Assembly: GCA_900322025.1 (NCBI GenBank)
Contig: ONYJ01000034.1
Span: forward strand, 1 to 39,882
Origin: an uncultured Bacteroidales bacterium
Lineage (GTDB): Bacteria > Bacteroidota > Bacteroidia > Bacteroidales > UBA932
Direction: 5' to 3'
DNA: 39,882 nucleotides
Part shown: positions 1-9,025 of the stretch, one piece after another
Layout of the letters: the number at the start of each line of letters is the position of its first letter
How positions within the stretch are numbered: the first letter of the stretch is position 1
Program-made: the position numbers and the translations under genes
Notes under the pieces: model-generated
Told to the model about the DNA's origin: nothing
Database searches by the model: none
Seen by the model: only the letters and a program-made list of their open reading frames with translations

Positions 1-349
1 AGTGCTGTTTTGAAAAAACTTTCACTGAGGCTATTTGTGGAGTGAAAGCGTGGCAAACCACAGGGGCTCCTAAAATATCCCGTATTTTTACATTATAAGA
101 AATGTCTCCATTCAGGCGACTAAGAGAATCGAACACATGTGTATCCTTTGTCAAATACTGATTGTGGTGCTTTTTTATACTTGCTATAATTTGAGTGCTT
201 CTGCCATCATGCTGAACCACTTTTAGGTGGTTGTATTCTCGATAGCCTCCTACAAAAGACTTCATATAAACAGATAAAGGTACATTACAACTGCCACTTA
301 CAAAAAAGATAAAAGTAGTCAGTATCAGTATATTAAAAATCCGTTTCAT
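1..349 (-). CDS. hypothetical lipoprotein; only the N-terminal 116 codons are present because the gene runs off the left edge
   Basis: It is absent from the supplied ORF track because it has no stop codon in the window. The reverse complement of 349..2 reads ATG AAA CGG ATT TTT ..., giving MKRIFNILILTTFIFFVSGSCNVPLSVYMKSFVGGYREYNHLKVV..., and stays open to the edge. A hydrophobic signal segment is followed by a lipobox-like VSGSC. I recognise no family. Confidence 0.55.
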   Translation of the reverse strand, partial: MKRIFNILILTTFIFFVSGSCNVPLSVYMKSFVGGYREYNHLKVVQHDGRSTQIIASIKKHHNQYLTKDTHVFDSLSRLNGDISYNVKIRDILGAPVVCHAFTPQIASVKVFSKQH

Positions 350-405
350 GCTACTACCTATTAGGGTTATCGTAAGTAATTATTCTATATCTCATGCGAT
401 AATAG

Positions 406-438
406 CAAATTTAAGAACTTTTATACTCCCTCAACAAA
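406..438 (-). promoter_or_regulatory. candidate Bacteroidetes-type promoter (-33 TTTG / -7 TAAATTTG) for the leftward lipoprotein gene
   Basis: On the minus strand there is TTTG (438..435), a 21-nt spacer, then TAAATTTG (413..406). The box ends 56 nt upstream of the ATG at 349. Confidence 0.5.
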
Positions 439-555
439 ATCTGCAAATTTTTTACTTCAGAAAAAACTTTTCGGCTCAACAAAAATCTTTATTTCAGACT
501 GTTTTTCCGATTGTGCGCAATTCCATGTAAGCCTGTTTTTGCTTTATGGCTCCAT

Positions 556-586
556 TTTGTTATTTTTACGCAACAAAATACATTTG
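556..586 (+). promoter_or_regulatory. candidate promoter (-33 TTTG / -7 TACATTTG) for the S46 peptidase-mrp operon
   Basis: TTTG at 556..559, a 19-nt spacer, then TACATTTG at 579..586. This matches the published Bacteroides TTTG/TAnnTTTG consensus. It lies 66 nt before the ATG at 653. Confidence 0.55.
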
Positions 587-652
587 GATACGTCTATATG
601 TTAGACGTCTTTGATGTTCAAGAATAACATAAAAACATAAAATAGATTTAAT

Positions 653-2782
653 ATGAAAAAATTTAAATTTTTTGCCATTGCCTTGATGCTGATACTACCA
701 GTTTCGGCTTCTGCAGATGAGGGAATGTGGCTACTCCCACTTCTTGAAAAAATGAATATCAAAGTTATGCAGCAAAACGGCTGCAAACTTTCTGCAAAAC
801 AGATTTACGACATCAATAACTCCTCTCTAAAAGATGCGATTATGATCTTTGGTGGCGGATGTACTGCCGAGGTTGTTTCCGGCCAGGGTTTGATTTTTAC
901 CAATCACCATTGCGGATATTCCAGCATACAGCAACTATCCAGTACAGAGCACGATTACCTTACAGACGGATTCTGGGCTATGAATCTTTCAGAAGAACTT
1001 CCGGCGCCAGGCCTGAGCGTTACTTTCATAGACCGCTTTATAGATGTTACCAACCAGATGTTGGAAGCAGAAGCCCAAGCCTCTGCTATGGAAGGAAGAC
1101 AGCAAGATAACTTTATGCGCAATTTTCGCGATTCGTTAGTAAAGGCAGCTATCGGAGACAACAAACATCTTAATGCAAGAGTTGTTTCTTTCTACCAAGG
1201 AAATGCTTACTATATAGTTGTTTCCAAAACATTTAACGATATTCGTTTTGTAGGGGCACCGCCTTCTTCCATTGGAAAGTTCGGAGGAGAAACAGATAAC
1301 TGGGAATGGCCGAGACATACCGGCGACTTTTCTGTTTTTAGAATATATGCCGACAAAGACAACAATCCTGCAAGCTATTCTCCAGACAATGTTCCATACA
1401 GCCCAAAGAAGTTCCTCAGCATTTCTATGAAGGGTTATAAGCCCGGAGACTTTGCTATGGTTATAGGATTTCCGGGAAGTACAGACAGATATCTGACAAG
1501 CCAGGAAGTTATAGATCGTAGAGACGCTCAAAACACTCCGCGAATAATAGCCAGAACCGCTAAGGAAAATGTGTGGAGAGCTGCCATGAGAGCAGATCAG
1601 AAAACCAATATTCAATATGCCAGCAAGTTTGCAAGTTCTTCCAACTACCGTAAAAACAGTATTGGTATGAACGAAACTTTTGCAAAGTTAGGAACTGCCG
1701 ACAGAAGAGCCGAAGAAGAAAAGATATTCAATGAATGGGCTGCTCAAAACCCTACAAGACAAGCCGAATATGGCAATTGTGTTGAGTCTATTAACTCTAT
1801 AGTGGCCGCAAGAGGCAAGACTTACACAGCTCTTGTTTATCTTATGGAAACCCTCAACAATGTAGAAATTCTTACTCCTGCATCAAGAGCAAACAGAGTT
1901 CAAAAGCCAGAAGATATTCAAGAGATTTTTGTAAAGAGCACAGAAAAATTCTATAAGGATTATTCTCCGGAACTCGATCGCCAAACCAGTAAGGTGTTGT
2001 TAAAAACATTCCTGCAGTATGTTACAAATCCTGCCTATATTCCACAGTGTTTCAAAACAATAGAGGAGCAGTTCGGTGGAAGTATAGATAAATATGTAGA
2101 TAATATTTTTGATAACTCTGTATTTACTTCACAAGACAAGGCTGTAAAAGCCCTCATGGACGAAAACTTTAATCTCAGAGAAGATCCGGCTTTTAAATAT
2201 TTAATGGAATTCTCTACCTCTTATCGTCCTATGATGGAAGAGGTAAATAAAAATTCAGAAGAATTTGGGAAGGCTAAAAAAGCATATATGAAGGGCCTCA
2301 TGGAAATGAATGGTAATAACCCTATTTATCCAGACGCAAACTTCACAATGAGGCTCACCTACGGAAAGGTTGGTGGCTACAGCCCTAAAGATGGTGTTAC
2401 TTACAACTACTACACAACTCTTGAGGGTATTATGCAGAAAGAAAATCCTGAAGACCCTGAGTTTATAGTTCCTGCAAAACTCAAAGAACTATACCAAAAT
2501 AAAGATTATGGAAGGTATGCTTTGCCTAATGGCGAAATGCCTGTTTGCTTCCTCACAAACAACGATATTACCGGAGGAAATTCGGGCAGTGATGTGCTTA
2601 ATGCCAAGGGAGAGCTTATCGGACTTGCCTTCGACGGCAACTGGGAAGCTATGAGTGGAGATATTATCTTTGAGCCTAATCTACAAAGATGTATAAATGT
2701 AGATATCCGTTATGTGCTGTTTATTATAGACAAGTTTGGCGGTGCCGGATATCTGCTGAAAGAAATGGATATAAAATACTAA
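653..2782 (+). CDS. dpp7: S46-family dipeptidyl-peptidase, DPP7-type (Gly at the P1-specificity position)
   Basis: The signal peptide is followed by the family-typical mature N-terminus DEGMWLL. The catalytic motifs FTNHHCG (His), GDFSVFR (Asp) and TGGNSGS (Ser) are present. FDGNWE carries Gly where DPP11 has Arg. The 709-aa length fits the family. Confidence 0.85.
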   Translation: MKKFKFFAIALMLILPVSASADEGMWLLPLLEKMNIKVMQQNGCKLSAKQIYDINNSSLKDAIMIFGGGCTAEVVSGQGLIFTNHHCGYSSIQQLSSTEHDYLTDGFWAMNLSEELPAPGLSVTFIDRFIDVTNQMLEAEAQASAMEGRQQDNFMRNFRDSLVKAAIGDNKHLNARVVSFYQGNAYYIVVSKTFNDIRFVGAPPSSIGKFGGETDNWEWPRHTGDFSVFRIYADKDNNPASYSPDNVPYSPKKFLSISMKGYKPGDFAMVIGFPGSTDRYLTSQEVIDRRDAQNTPRIIARTAKENVWRAAMRADQKTNIQYASKFASSSNYRKNSIGMNETFAKLGTADRRAEEEKIFNEWAAQNPTRQAEYGNCVESINSIVAARGKTYTALVYLMETLNNVEILTPASRANRVQKPEDIQEIFVKSTEKFYKDYSPELDRQTSKVLLKTFLQYVTNPAYIPQCFKTIEEQFGGSIDKYVDNIFDNSVFTSQDKAVKALMDENFNLREDPAFKYLMEFSTSYRPMMEEVNKNSEEFGKAKKAYMKGLMEMNGNNPIYPDANFTMRLTYGKVGGYSPKDGVTYNYYTTLEGIMQKENPEDPEFIVPAKLKELYQNKDYGRYALPNGEMPVCFLTNNDITGGNSGSDVLNAKGELIGLAFDGNWEAMSGDIIFEPNLQRCINVDIRYVLFIIDKFGGAGYLLKEMDIKY

Positions 2783-2786
2783 TATT

Positions 2787-3881
2787 ATGATTCAACTTTC
2801 TGAGATAGAAGAAGTTCTAAACTTGGTTTTTCATCCAGAATACGAACGCAGTATTATAGAATTAAATTTAGTTAAGAACCTCGAATATATATCAGATAGC
2901 AGCGACGACAATGCCGGAACTATAAAGTTCCGGCTTGTTTTCCTTCGCAACGACCCTATGTCTAACTCCATAAAGGAGGCTTGCGAGAAAGCCCTAAAAA
3001 AAGCCTTCCCCAAGGCCAAAGCCAGCATACTTGTTCTGATAGATTCACAAAAGGCTACAGAGCGGAAAAAAGGAGCAGAGGCCAAGAAAAACAAGCCTAA
3101 GAAAAAAGAGTTGCAAGGTGTGGCCAACATTATAGCCATAGCTTCAGGAAAAGGAGGTGTTGGTAAGTCTTCCGTAGCTGTAAATCTTGCTATTGCCTTG
3201 AGTCAAAAAGGGTATAAGGTGGGGCTTTTAGATGCTGATGTATATGGTCCGTCTATTCCTAAAATGACAGATACAGAAGGAGAGCTCCCTCCTGCCACCA
3301 AACAAGAGCAAGATGGAGTAGAAACAGACCTTATAATGCCTATAGAAAAGTATGGGGTAAAATGGATGAGTATAGGCTACTTTGTGCAACCCGACCAAGC
3401 CCTTATCTGGAGAGGCCCTATGGCATGTAGCGCACTTAAACAATTATCCTATGGAGTGTTATGGGGAGAATTAGACTACCTGTTAATAGATCTTCCTCCG
3501 GGAACCGGAGATATTCATATCACAATGGTTCAAGAGATTCCTCTCACCGGCGCAATAATAGTAACCACTCCACAGCAAATAGCACTTGCAGATGTAGAAA
3601 AGGGTATTAACATGTTCAAGAACAAAGATGTAAATACTCCAATTCTTGGCATTGTTGAAAACATGAGTTGGTTTACTCCACAGGAACTTCCAAACAACAA
3701 ATACTACATTTTTGGGAAAGAAGGCGGAAGAAAGATGGCAGACAAATACAACCTGCCTTTATTAGGACAAGTTCCTATTGTTATGAGTATTATGGAGGGA
3801 GGAGATTCCGGTAGGCCTGCCGCTCTCAATAACGAAATAGTTAAAGAAAGCTTCCTGAAAATTGCAGAAGCTCTCATATAA
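2787..3881 (+). CDS. apbC: Mrp/ApbC-type Fe-S cluster carrier ATPase with an N-terminal DUF59-like domain
   Basis: It has the deviant Walker A SGKGGVGKS, a DLPPGTGD switch motif, and VENMS. The N-terminal about 90 aa resemble the DUF59/FeS-assembly domain, followed by a Lys-rich linker. It starts 4 nt after the upstream stop. Confidence 0.85.
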   Translation: MIQLSEIEEVLNLVFHPEYERSIIELNLVKNLEYISDSSDDNAGTIKFRLVFLRNDPMSNSIKEACEKALKKAFPKAKASILVLIDSQKATERKKGAEAKKNKPKKKELQGVANIIAIASGKGGVGKSSVAVNLAIALSQKGYKVGLLDADVYGPSIPKMTDTEGELPPATKQEQDGVETDLIMPIEKYGVKWMSIGYFVQPDQALIWRGPMACSALKQLSYGVLWGELDYLLIDLPPGTGDIHITMVQEIPLTGAIIVTTPQQIALADVEKGINMFKNKDVNTPILGIVENMSWFTPQELPNNKYYIFGKEGGRKMADKYNLPLLGQVPIVMSIMEGGDSGRPAALNNEIVKESFLKIAEALI

Positions 3882-3925
3882 GATTTTCGTTTTCACGCAG
3901 CTCTTCATGCAAGTTTTTTATACCT

Positions 3926-4666
3926 CTAAAATAGAGTGGGTTCTGCAAGCAAGCGAAAGCTTAAACGGTGGTAGGGAGAGGGGCCGTACTTTGCAATTGC
4001 GCTGCGATGATCTTTTGTTGGATAGGCCTTGTTTTTCTTCCAACCATATTGAGGATATTCTTCAGAAAGCTTTTCCATTATATGGTCTCTCTCGGTTTTT
4101 GCCAAGATGGAGGCTGCTGCTATAGACATGTATTTTCCATCGCCTTTTACTATGGTTTGGTGCGGAATTTTATTGCCGGTAAGCACAGAACTGTAGGAGT
4201 GAAATCTGTTGCCGTCTGAGATAATATTGTCAATAAAAACACCTTTTTCTGAAGTTAATTCGTTATCTGAAAAAAGATGCAACTTTGCAAGCTTTTTTTC
4301 TACCTCAGCAATAGCTTTATGCATAGCCAAAATAGAAGCATTGAGAATGTTTATGCGGTCTATTTCTTCTGCCTCCACCCTTGCAATACCCCAAGCAAGA
4401 GCATGTTCCATTATCAGAGGCCGTAACTCTTCTCTTTGTTTTTCTGTAAGTTTCTTGGAATCCGTTAGATGCGGATTTTCAAAAAGAGGGTTTCCCTCAA
4501 CCTTTCCTATCTCTTTTCCTTCCCGATAAAAAGGAAGTACAACGGCAGCAGCAACAATAGGACCGGCCAAAGGCCCTCTGCCGGCCTCATCGGTGCCAAC
4601 TTCAAAGACTCCCTTTATAAGAAACGGAGAGAGCCTCTGAACTATTGTTTCCAATTTTATGCTCAT
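3926..4666 (-). CDS. rnhB: ribonuclease HII
   Basis: It has the catalytic motif GTDEAGRGPLAGPIV plus DSKKLT and ASILAK motifs. The 246-aa length fits. Confidence 0.9.
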   Translation of the reverse strand: MSIKLETIVQRLSPFLIKGVFEVGTDEAGRGPLAGPIVAAAVVLPFYREGKEIGKVEGNPLFENPHLTDSKKLTEKQREELRPLIMEHALAWGIARVEAEEIDRINILNASILAMHKAIAEVEKKLAKLHLFSDNELTSEKGVFIDNIISDGNRFHSYSSVLTGNKIPHQTIVKGDGKYMSIAAASILAKTERDHIMEKLSEEYPQYGWKKNKAYPTKDHRSAIAKYGPSPYHRLSFRLLAEPTLF

Positions 4667-4716
4667 AAAATCTGTGCGGTTGACACAGCCGTTCCAAATA
4701 CTTTTTCAAAAACAGC

Positions 4717-6492
4717 CTATTGTTCTTCCTTCTTGAAGGTGCTCTTTAAGAAGAGTTCGTCCATTTGGCTGTTGTCTATTACAGATGGAGCATCTGCCAT
4801 AATATCTCTGCCTGTATTATTCTTTGGAAAAGCTATATAGTCTCTGATTGTTTCTTGTCCGCCAAACAACGCACAAAGCCTATCAAAGCCAAAGGCGATT
4901 CCTCCGTGTGGAGGTGCTCCATATTTAAACGCATTCATCAGAAAGCCAAAACGGTATTGTGCCTGTTCTTGTGTAAAGCCAAGTATTTCAAACATTCTCT
5001 CCTGAACCTTTCTATCGTAAATTCTTATAGAACCTCCTCCTATTTCATTGCCGTTAAGAACAATATCATAGGCATTAGCCTTTACGGCTGCAAGTTGGTT
5101 TTTATCTTTCGAGTAGAATTTCTCCATATCTTCCGGTTTGGGAGAAGTAAACGGATGGTGCATAGCATAGAACCGTGCAGTTTCTTCGTCCCATTCAAGC
5201 AATGGAAAATCTGTTATCCATAATGGCTTGAACTCCTCTGGATTTCTTAAACCGAGCCTGTTTCCCATTTCTAAGCGTAATGTACCAAGCGCTGTTTGAG
5301 TTTTACGCTTAGCTCCACAGAGGATAAGGATAAGATCGCCTTTTTCGGCATGACATTTTTCTGCAATTTTACTGAGCTGCTCCGGTGTATAGAATTTATC
5401 TACAGAAGACTTTATTTCTTCTCCATATTTAATAAAAATCAAGCCTTTAGCCCCTATCTGCGGCCGCTTTACCCATTCTGTAAGTTCGTCGGTTTGCTTA
5501 CGAGAATAAGCTGCACAGCCTGTAACGGAAATAGCACCAACATACTCTGCTGTATCGAATACAGAAAAGCCTTTCCCCTGCACGCAAGAGGTTATATCAT
5601 GTATCTGCATTCCAAATCTCAGATCTGGCTTATCGCTTCCATAATATTCCATGGCCTCGTCGTAAGTCATTCTTTCAAAAGGTTCTGCAAAATCTTTCTT
5701 TAATACGCTTTTGAACAAATGTTTTACCAACCCTTCAAACATCTGCAAAACATCTTCTCTTTCAACAAAAGACATCTCACAGTCTATCTGCGTAAATTCC
5801 GGCTGGCGATCTGCCCTTAAATCCTCATCTCTAAAACACCTAACTATCTGAAAATAGCGGTCGTAACCAGCAACCATCAACAACTGTTTGAATGTTTGAG
5901 GGCTCTGTGGGAGGGCATAAAATTCGCCCGGATTCATTCTGGAAGGAACAACAAAATCTCTTGCCCCCTCAGGAGTAGATTTTATGAGGAATGGGGTTTC
6001 TATTTCCATAAAATCTTGGCTATCTAAGTATTTTCTGGTTTCTATCGCCATTCTATGACGCAAAGCCAAAGCCTTTTGGAGCGGATTTCTTCTCAAATCT
6101 ATGTAGCGATATTTCCCGCGAATGTCTTCTCCTCCGTCTGTCTGGTCTTCTATTGTAAAAGGTGGTGTTTCAGCAGCATTAAGTATGGTTATTTTTTCGA
6201 TCTTTATTTCTATGTCGCCAGTAGGCATTTTGGGATTTTTGCTTTGCCTTTCACACACAACGCCCTCTGTCTGAATAACAAACTCTCTTCCCAAGCCTCT
6301 AATAACTTCCAAAACTTTGGCATCTGCGTTATCTTCTGCCACTAGTTGGGTTATCCCGTAGCGGTCTCTTAAATCCACAAAGTTTAGGCTACCCATCTTT
6401 CTTATTCTCTGTACCCAGCCGGCAAGAGTTACTTTTTTCCCAACATCGCCTATGCGAAGTTCTCCACATGTATTTGTTCTATACATACTCAT
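4717..6492 (-). CDS. aspS: aspartate--tRNA ligase
   Basis: Class II synthetase motifs are present ([18 protein letters not shown]; [10 protein letters not shown]), with an N-terminal OB-fold anticodon-binding region. The 591-aa length fits. Confidence 0.95.
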   Translation of the reverse strand: MSMYRTNTCGELRIGDVGKKVTLAGWVQRIRKMGSLNFVDLRDRYGITQLVAEDNADAKVLEVIRGLGREFVIQTEGVVCERQSKNPKMPTGDIEIKIEKITILNAAETPPFTIEDQTDGGEDIRGKYRYIDLRRNPLQKALALRHRMAIETRKYLDSQDFMEIETPFLIKSTPEGARDFVVPSRMNPGEFYALPQSPQTFKQLLMVAGYDRYFQIVRCFRDEDLRADRQPEFTQIDCEMSFVEREDVLQMFEGLVKHLFKSVLKKDFAEPFERMTYDEAMEYYGSDKPDLRFGMQIHDITSCVQGKGFSVFDTAEYVGAISVTGCAAYSRKQTDELTEWVKRPQIGAKGLIFIKYGEEIKSSVDKFYTPEQLSKIAEKCHAEKGDLILILCGAKRKTQTALGTLRLEMGNRLGLRNPEEFKPLWITDFPLLEWDEETARFYAMHHPFTSPKPEDMEKFYSKDKNQLAAVKANAYDIVLNGNEIGGGSIRIYDRKVQERMFEILGFTQEQAQYRFGFLMNAFKYGAPPHGGIAFGFDRLCALFGGQETIRDYIAFPKNNTGRDIMADAPSVIDNSQMDELFLKSTFKKEEQ

Positions 6493-6569
6493 ATTGTATA
6501 TTTATTGCTCTTTTTATACAACTTTTTCAAGGCTATTTTTGCAAAAAGAAGCCAAAAGTTTAACGGCTT

Positions 6570-6577
6570 CAAAGTTA
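6570..6577 (-). promoter_or_regulatory. candidate -7 promoter box (TAACTTTG) for aspS
   Basis: Plus-strand CAAAGTTA at 6570..6577 is TAACTTTG on the minus strand, 77 nt upstream of the aspS ATG (6492). I found no clean -33 TTTG. Confidence 0.35.
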
Positions 6578-6753
6578 CTTAAAAACAAATAATCCACAGC
6601 TATTTTTATAATTTGTTTTCCTTTTTCGCCATAAAGTATCAGAAGCGTCTAATCTCAACCTCCCTACATTTTCAAAGTCTATGAGCATTAGGTATTCTTT
6701 GCTTTGTTATGCTGTTATTTTGTTTCTCGAAAATTATAGACATCTGCTTTGAC

Positions 6754-6784
6754 TTTGCAAATAACATCTGTTTTGATATTTTTG
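6754..6784 (+). promoter_or_regulatory. candidate promoter (-33 TTTG / -7 TATTTTTG) abutting the rsmA start codon
   Basis: TTTG at 6754..6757, a 19-nt spacer, then TATTTTTG at 6777..6784. Only 7 nt (catagcc) separate the box from the ATG at 6792. Confidence 0.6.
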
Positions 6785-6791
6785 CATAGCC

Positions 6792-7724
6792 ATGGGAAGA
6801 TACATCTCTCACAGAAAAAATATATGCGCCCCTAAGTACGAGGGAGTTAGAGCCAAAAAGGCTCTTGGCCAACATTTTCTGCACAACGAAGACATTGCCA
6901 TAGAAATTGTTGATTCTCTGCTTATTCCTTCCACAGGATTAGACAATGCTCCAACTATTGAAGGCGGTGTAAATGTTTTGGAAGTAGGTCCGGGGACTGG
7001 GGTCTTAACCCAATATCTTCTCATGGATAAGCGCATAAATTTACAGCTATGCGAAATAGATACAGAGTCTATAGATAAGCTGAGAGCTCGCTTTCCTCAG
7101 TTTCTATACACCTTACAGCCAAGAGATTTCTTGCAAACATCTTTACAAGAAGTCTTTCCTGCCGTAAAGGAAAATAGCATTATATCCGGAACCAACGGCA
7201 ACGAAGTTTATATCATCGGTAATTTTCCATATAATATTTCATCGCAGATTTTTTTCAAGGTATTAGAGGAAACAGAACGCATTACACAGGTTGTATGTAT
7301 GCTACAAAAGGAAGTGGCCCAAAGACTTGCCAGCAAGCCCGGAAGCAGAGATTATGGCATACTTTCCGTTTTGCTGCAAACTTGGTACGACATAGAATAT
7401 CTTTTTACTGTTGATGAAAGGCAATTTGTGCCTCCTCCTAAGGTTAAGAGCGGAGTTATCAGGCTCTGGAGAAACACACGCCTATCTTTGGGATGTAACG
7501 AACAGCTTTATAGGAGCATAATTAAAACAACTTTCGGACAGAGAAGAAAAACCCTGCGCAATTCTATTCGCCAGATTATTTCCCCAGAAATTATGACGGC
7601 AGACAAGAAGGCTGCACAGTTATTGGACATGAGGCCGGAGCAGCTTGATGTAGAAGATTTTATACATCTTACTTTAACGGCAGAAAAATATAAACAGCAT
7701 GAAAGGAAAGATGAGCTTGATTAA
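6792..7724 (+). CDS. rsmA: 16S rRNA (adenine1518/1519-N6)-dimethyltransferase RsmA/KsgA
   Basis: It has KKALGQHFL, the SAM-binding VLEVGPGTGVLT, IGNFPYNISSQI and FGQRRKTL motifs. At 310 aa it is somewhat longer than my recollection of typical KsgA, with a few loop insertions and a C-terminal tail. Confidence 0.9.
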   Translation: MGRYISHRKNICAPKYEGVRAKKALGQHFLHNEDIAIEIVDSLLIPSTGLDNAPTIEGGVNVLEVGPGTGVLTQYLLMDKRINLQLCEIDTESIDKLRARFPQFLYTLQPRDFLQTSLQEVFPAVKENSIISGTNGNEVYIIGNFPYNISSQIFFKVLEETERITQVVCMLQKEVAQRLASKPGSRDYGILSVLLQTWYDIEYLFTVDERQFVPPPKVKSGVIRLWRNTRLSLGCNEQLYRSIIKTTFGQRRKTLRNSIRQIISPEIMTADKKAAQLLDMRPEQLDVEDFIHLTLTAEKYKQHERKDELD

Positions 7725-9015
7725 GAAAGCAAGAACCATATTTATACAGCTGAAGGAAGGTGTAGCCTTTACATTGAACGAACTGAAAAACAATAAGTTC
7801 AGAACATTTTTGTCTTTGCTTGGCGTTAGTATCGGCATTTTTACGATAGTTTCCATCTTTACGGCTGTAGATGCCCTAAAGTCTAATGCTAAGAAAGGAT
7901 TTGAATCTTTGTCCAGCAACATGATGCAAATTTCTCAGTGGCCTATGGGTCCGGAGGATGAAGATGGAAATGTAGTTTTGGATATGCGGGGCGGAATGAT
8001 GGAATACCGGTGGTGGGATTACATGAAGCGGCCTCCTATTACAATTAACGACTACAAATATTTGAAGGCCAACTCTAAACTTTCAGAAGAAGTGGTATTC
8101 TCCTATAGCGGCATAGGTACTATTAAATATGGCAGACATACTGCCTCGGGTGTTGATGTTTTGTGTAGTACAGATGGGCTTTCCCTTCTTCTCAAGATAG
8201 ACATTGTGCGCGGGAGAATGATAACAAAATCTGAATTTGAAAACGGAACCTCTGTTGTTATATTAGGAAACGATTTGGCAGAATCTCTGTTTGCTGGAGA
8301 AGACCCTATAGGAAAATCTGTAAAAATCAATGGGTTCTCCTTTATGGTTGTTGGCGTTACAGAAAAACAAGGAGAGAGTATAGTAACCGTTGTAGAAACA
8401 GACAACATTGCCATAATTACTTATATCGCAGGAAAGGGCATCTTTTATCTCAGAGAACCAGAAGGACAGCTCCATGCTATACCAAAAGCAGACATCGACC
8501 AGGAAACCTTTAAAAGAGAGCTAACCCAACTTATGAGACAATACAGACGCATTCGTCCAGAACAAAAGAATAACTTTTCTATCAATGAATATTCTGTTCT
8601 GGAAGATATTTTAGAAGGTTTGTTGGGAGTTATTAGAACAGTAGGTTGGGTAATAGCAGCCTTTTCGCTTTTGATAGGAGGTTTTGGAATAGCTAACATA
8701 ATGTTTGTTTCTGTTAGAGAAAGAACTAAAATCATTGGTATTCAAAAGGCCCTTGGAGCAAAGAAATACTTCATTATGACACAGTTCCTTGTAGAAGCCT
8801 TGGTTTTGGCTATTGCCGGAGCTTTAGTAGGAATTTTGCTGATTGCTTTAATTCTTTGGATAGTCCCGATACCAGCAGAATATGATGTTCATCTAACTCT
8901 GGAAAACATTATCGCCGGTGTTGCAATAGCTTCTGCTATAGGCCTTCTGAGCGGACTTCTTCCGGCATGGAAGGCAGCCGGCTTAAATCCTGTTGATGCC
9001 ATAAACACAAAATAA
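7699..9015 (+). CDS. ABC transporter permease, FtsX/MacB-type, with no adjacent ATPase
   Basis: It has an N-terminal TM helix, a large periplasmic domain, and three C-terminal TM helices with ERTKIIGIQKALGAKK, which is typical of FtsX-like permeases. Its start overlaps the rsmA 3' end by 26 nt; an alternative ATG at 7711 gives a 14-nt overlap. Confidence 0.8.
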   Translation: MKGKMSLIKKARTIFIQLKEGVAFTLNELKNNKFRTFLSLLGVSIGIFTIVSIFTAVDALKSNAKKGFESLSSNMMQISQWPMGPEDEDGNVVLDMRGGMMEYRWWDYMKRPPITINDYKYLKANSKLSEEVVFSYSGIGTIKYGRHTASGVDVLCSTDGLSLLLKIDIVRGRMITKSEFENGTSVVILGNDLAESLFAGEDPIGKSVKINGFSFMVVGVTEKQGESIVTVVETDNIAIITYIAGKGIFYLREPEGQLHAIPKADIDQETFKRELTQLMRQYRRIRPEQKNNFSINEYSVLEDILEGLLGVIRTVGWVIAAFSLLIGGFGIANIMFVSVRERTKIIGIQKALGAKKYFIMTQFLVEALVLAIAGALVGILLIALILWIVPIPAEYDVHLTLENIIAGVAIASAIGLLSGLLPAWKAAGLNPVDAINTK

Positions 9016-9025
9016 CAGTTGTTGC

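Noticed and set aside
118-150. A GTTCGATTC string on the minus strand resembling a tRNA T-loop.
   Set aside because: The flanking bases cannot form a T-stem or the rest of a cloverleaf, and the string lies in frame within the open partial lipoprotein CDS.
348-530. Small ORFs in intergenic spacers: 348..530(+), 601..786(-), 6672..6884(-) and 20843..21094(+).
   Set aside because: They overlap promoter regions or the starts of real genes, have no supporting promoter box at a sensible distance, and translate to implausible sequences.
1136-1615. Long ORFs antisense to or out of frame with confident genes. Examples are 1136..1615(-), 4765..5223(+), 14481..15029(-), 21411..21887(-), 21803..22225(-), 22954..23451(-), 37706..38206(-) and 38570..39064(-).
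   Set aside because: Each lies wholly inside a CDS with strong family motifs on the other strand or frame. Their translations are low-complexity or Cys/Ser/Phe/Ile-rich with no recognisable motifs, signal peptides or promoter boxes. This is the expected by-product of AT-rich codon usage.
3630-3740. The Mrp/ApbC homolog lacks the C-terminal CxxC motif used by many Mrp/NBP35 proteins to bridge an Fe-S cluster. The region reads ENMSWFTPQELPNNKYYIFGKEGG.
   Set aside because: As far as I recall, this Cys-less WFTP...KYYIFG version is the normal form in Bacteroidota, so it is probably a lineage trait and not something specific to this locus.
6543-6577. A perfect 6-bp hairpin GAAGCC-N11-GGCTTC followed by TTTTTG on the minus strand, upstream of aspS. 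It could be an attenuator or the terminator of an unannotated transcript.
   Set aside because: There is no minus-strand gene upstream for it to terminate. The best aspS -7 box (TAACTTTG, 6577..6570) overlaps the 5' arm, so a transcript from that promoter would start inside the stem and could not form the hairpin. The stem is short with a large loop. I kept it only as promoter context.
7699-7724. A 26-nt overlap between the rsmA 3' end and the FtsX-type permease start, and the orphan status of the permease with no ATPase partner.
   Set aside because: Short overlaps of this kind are common operon junctions. Stand-alone FtsX/MacB-type permease genes, with the ATPase encoded elsewhere, are frequent in Bacteroidota genomes.
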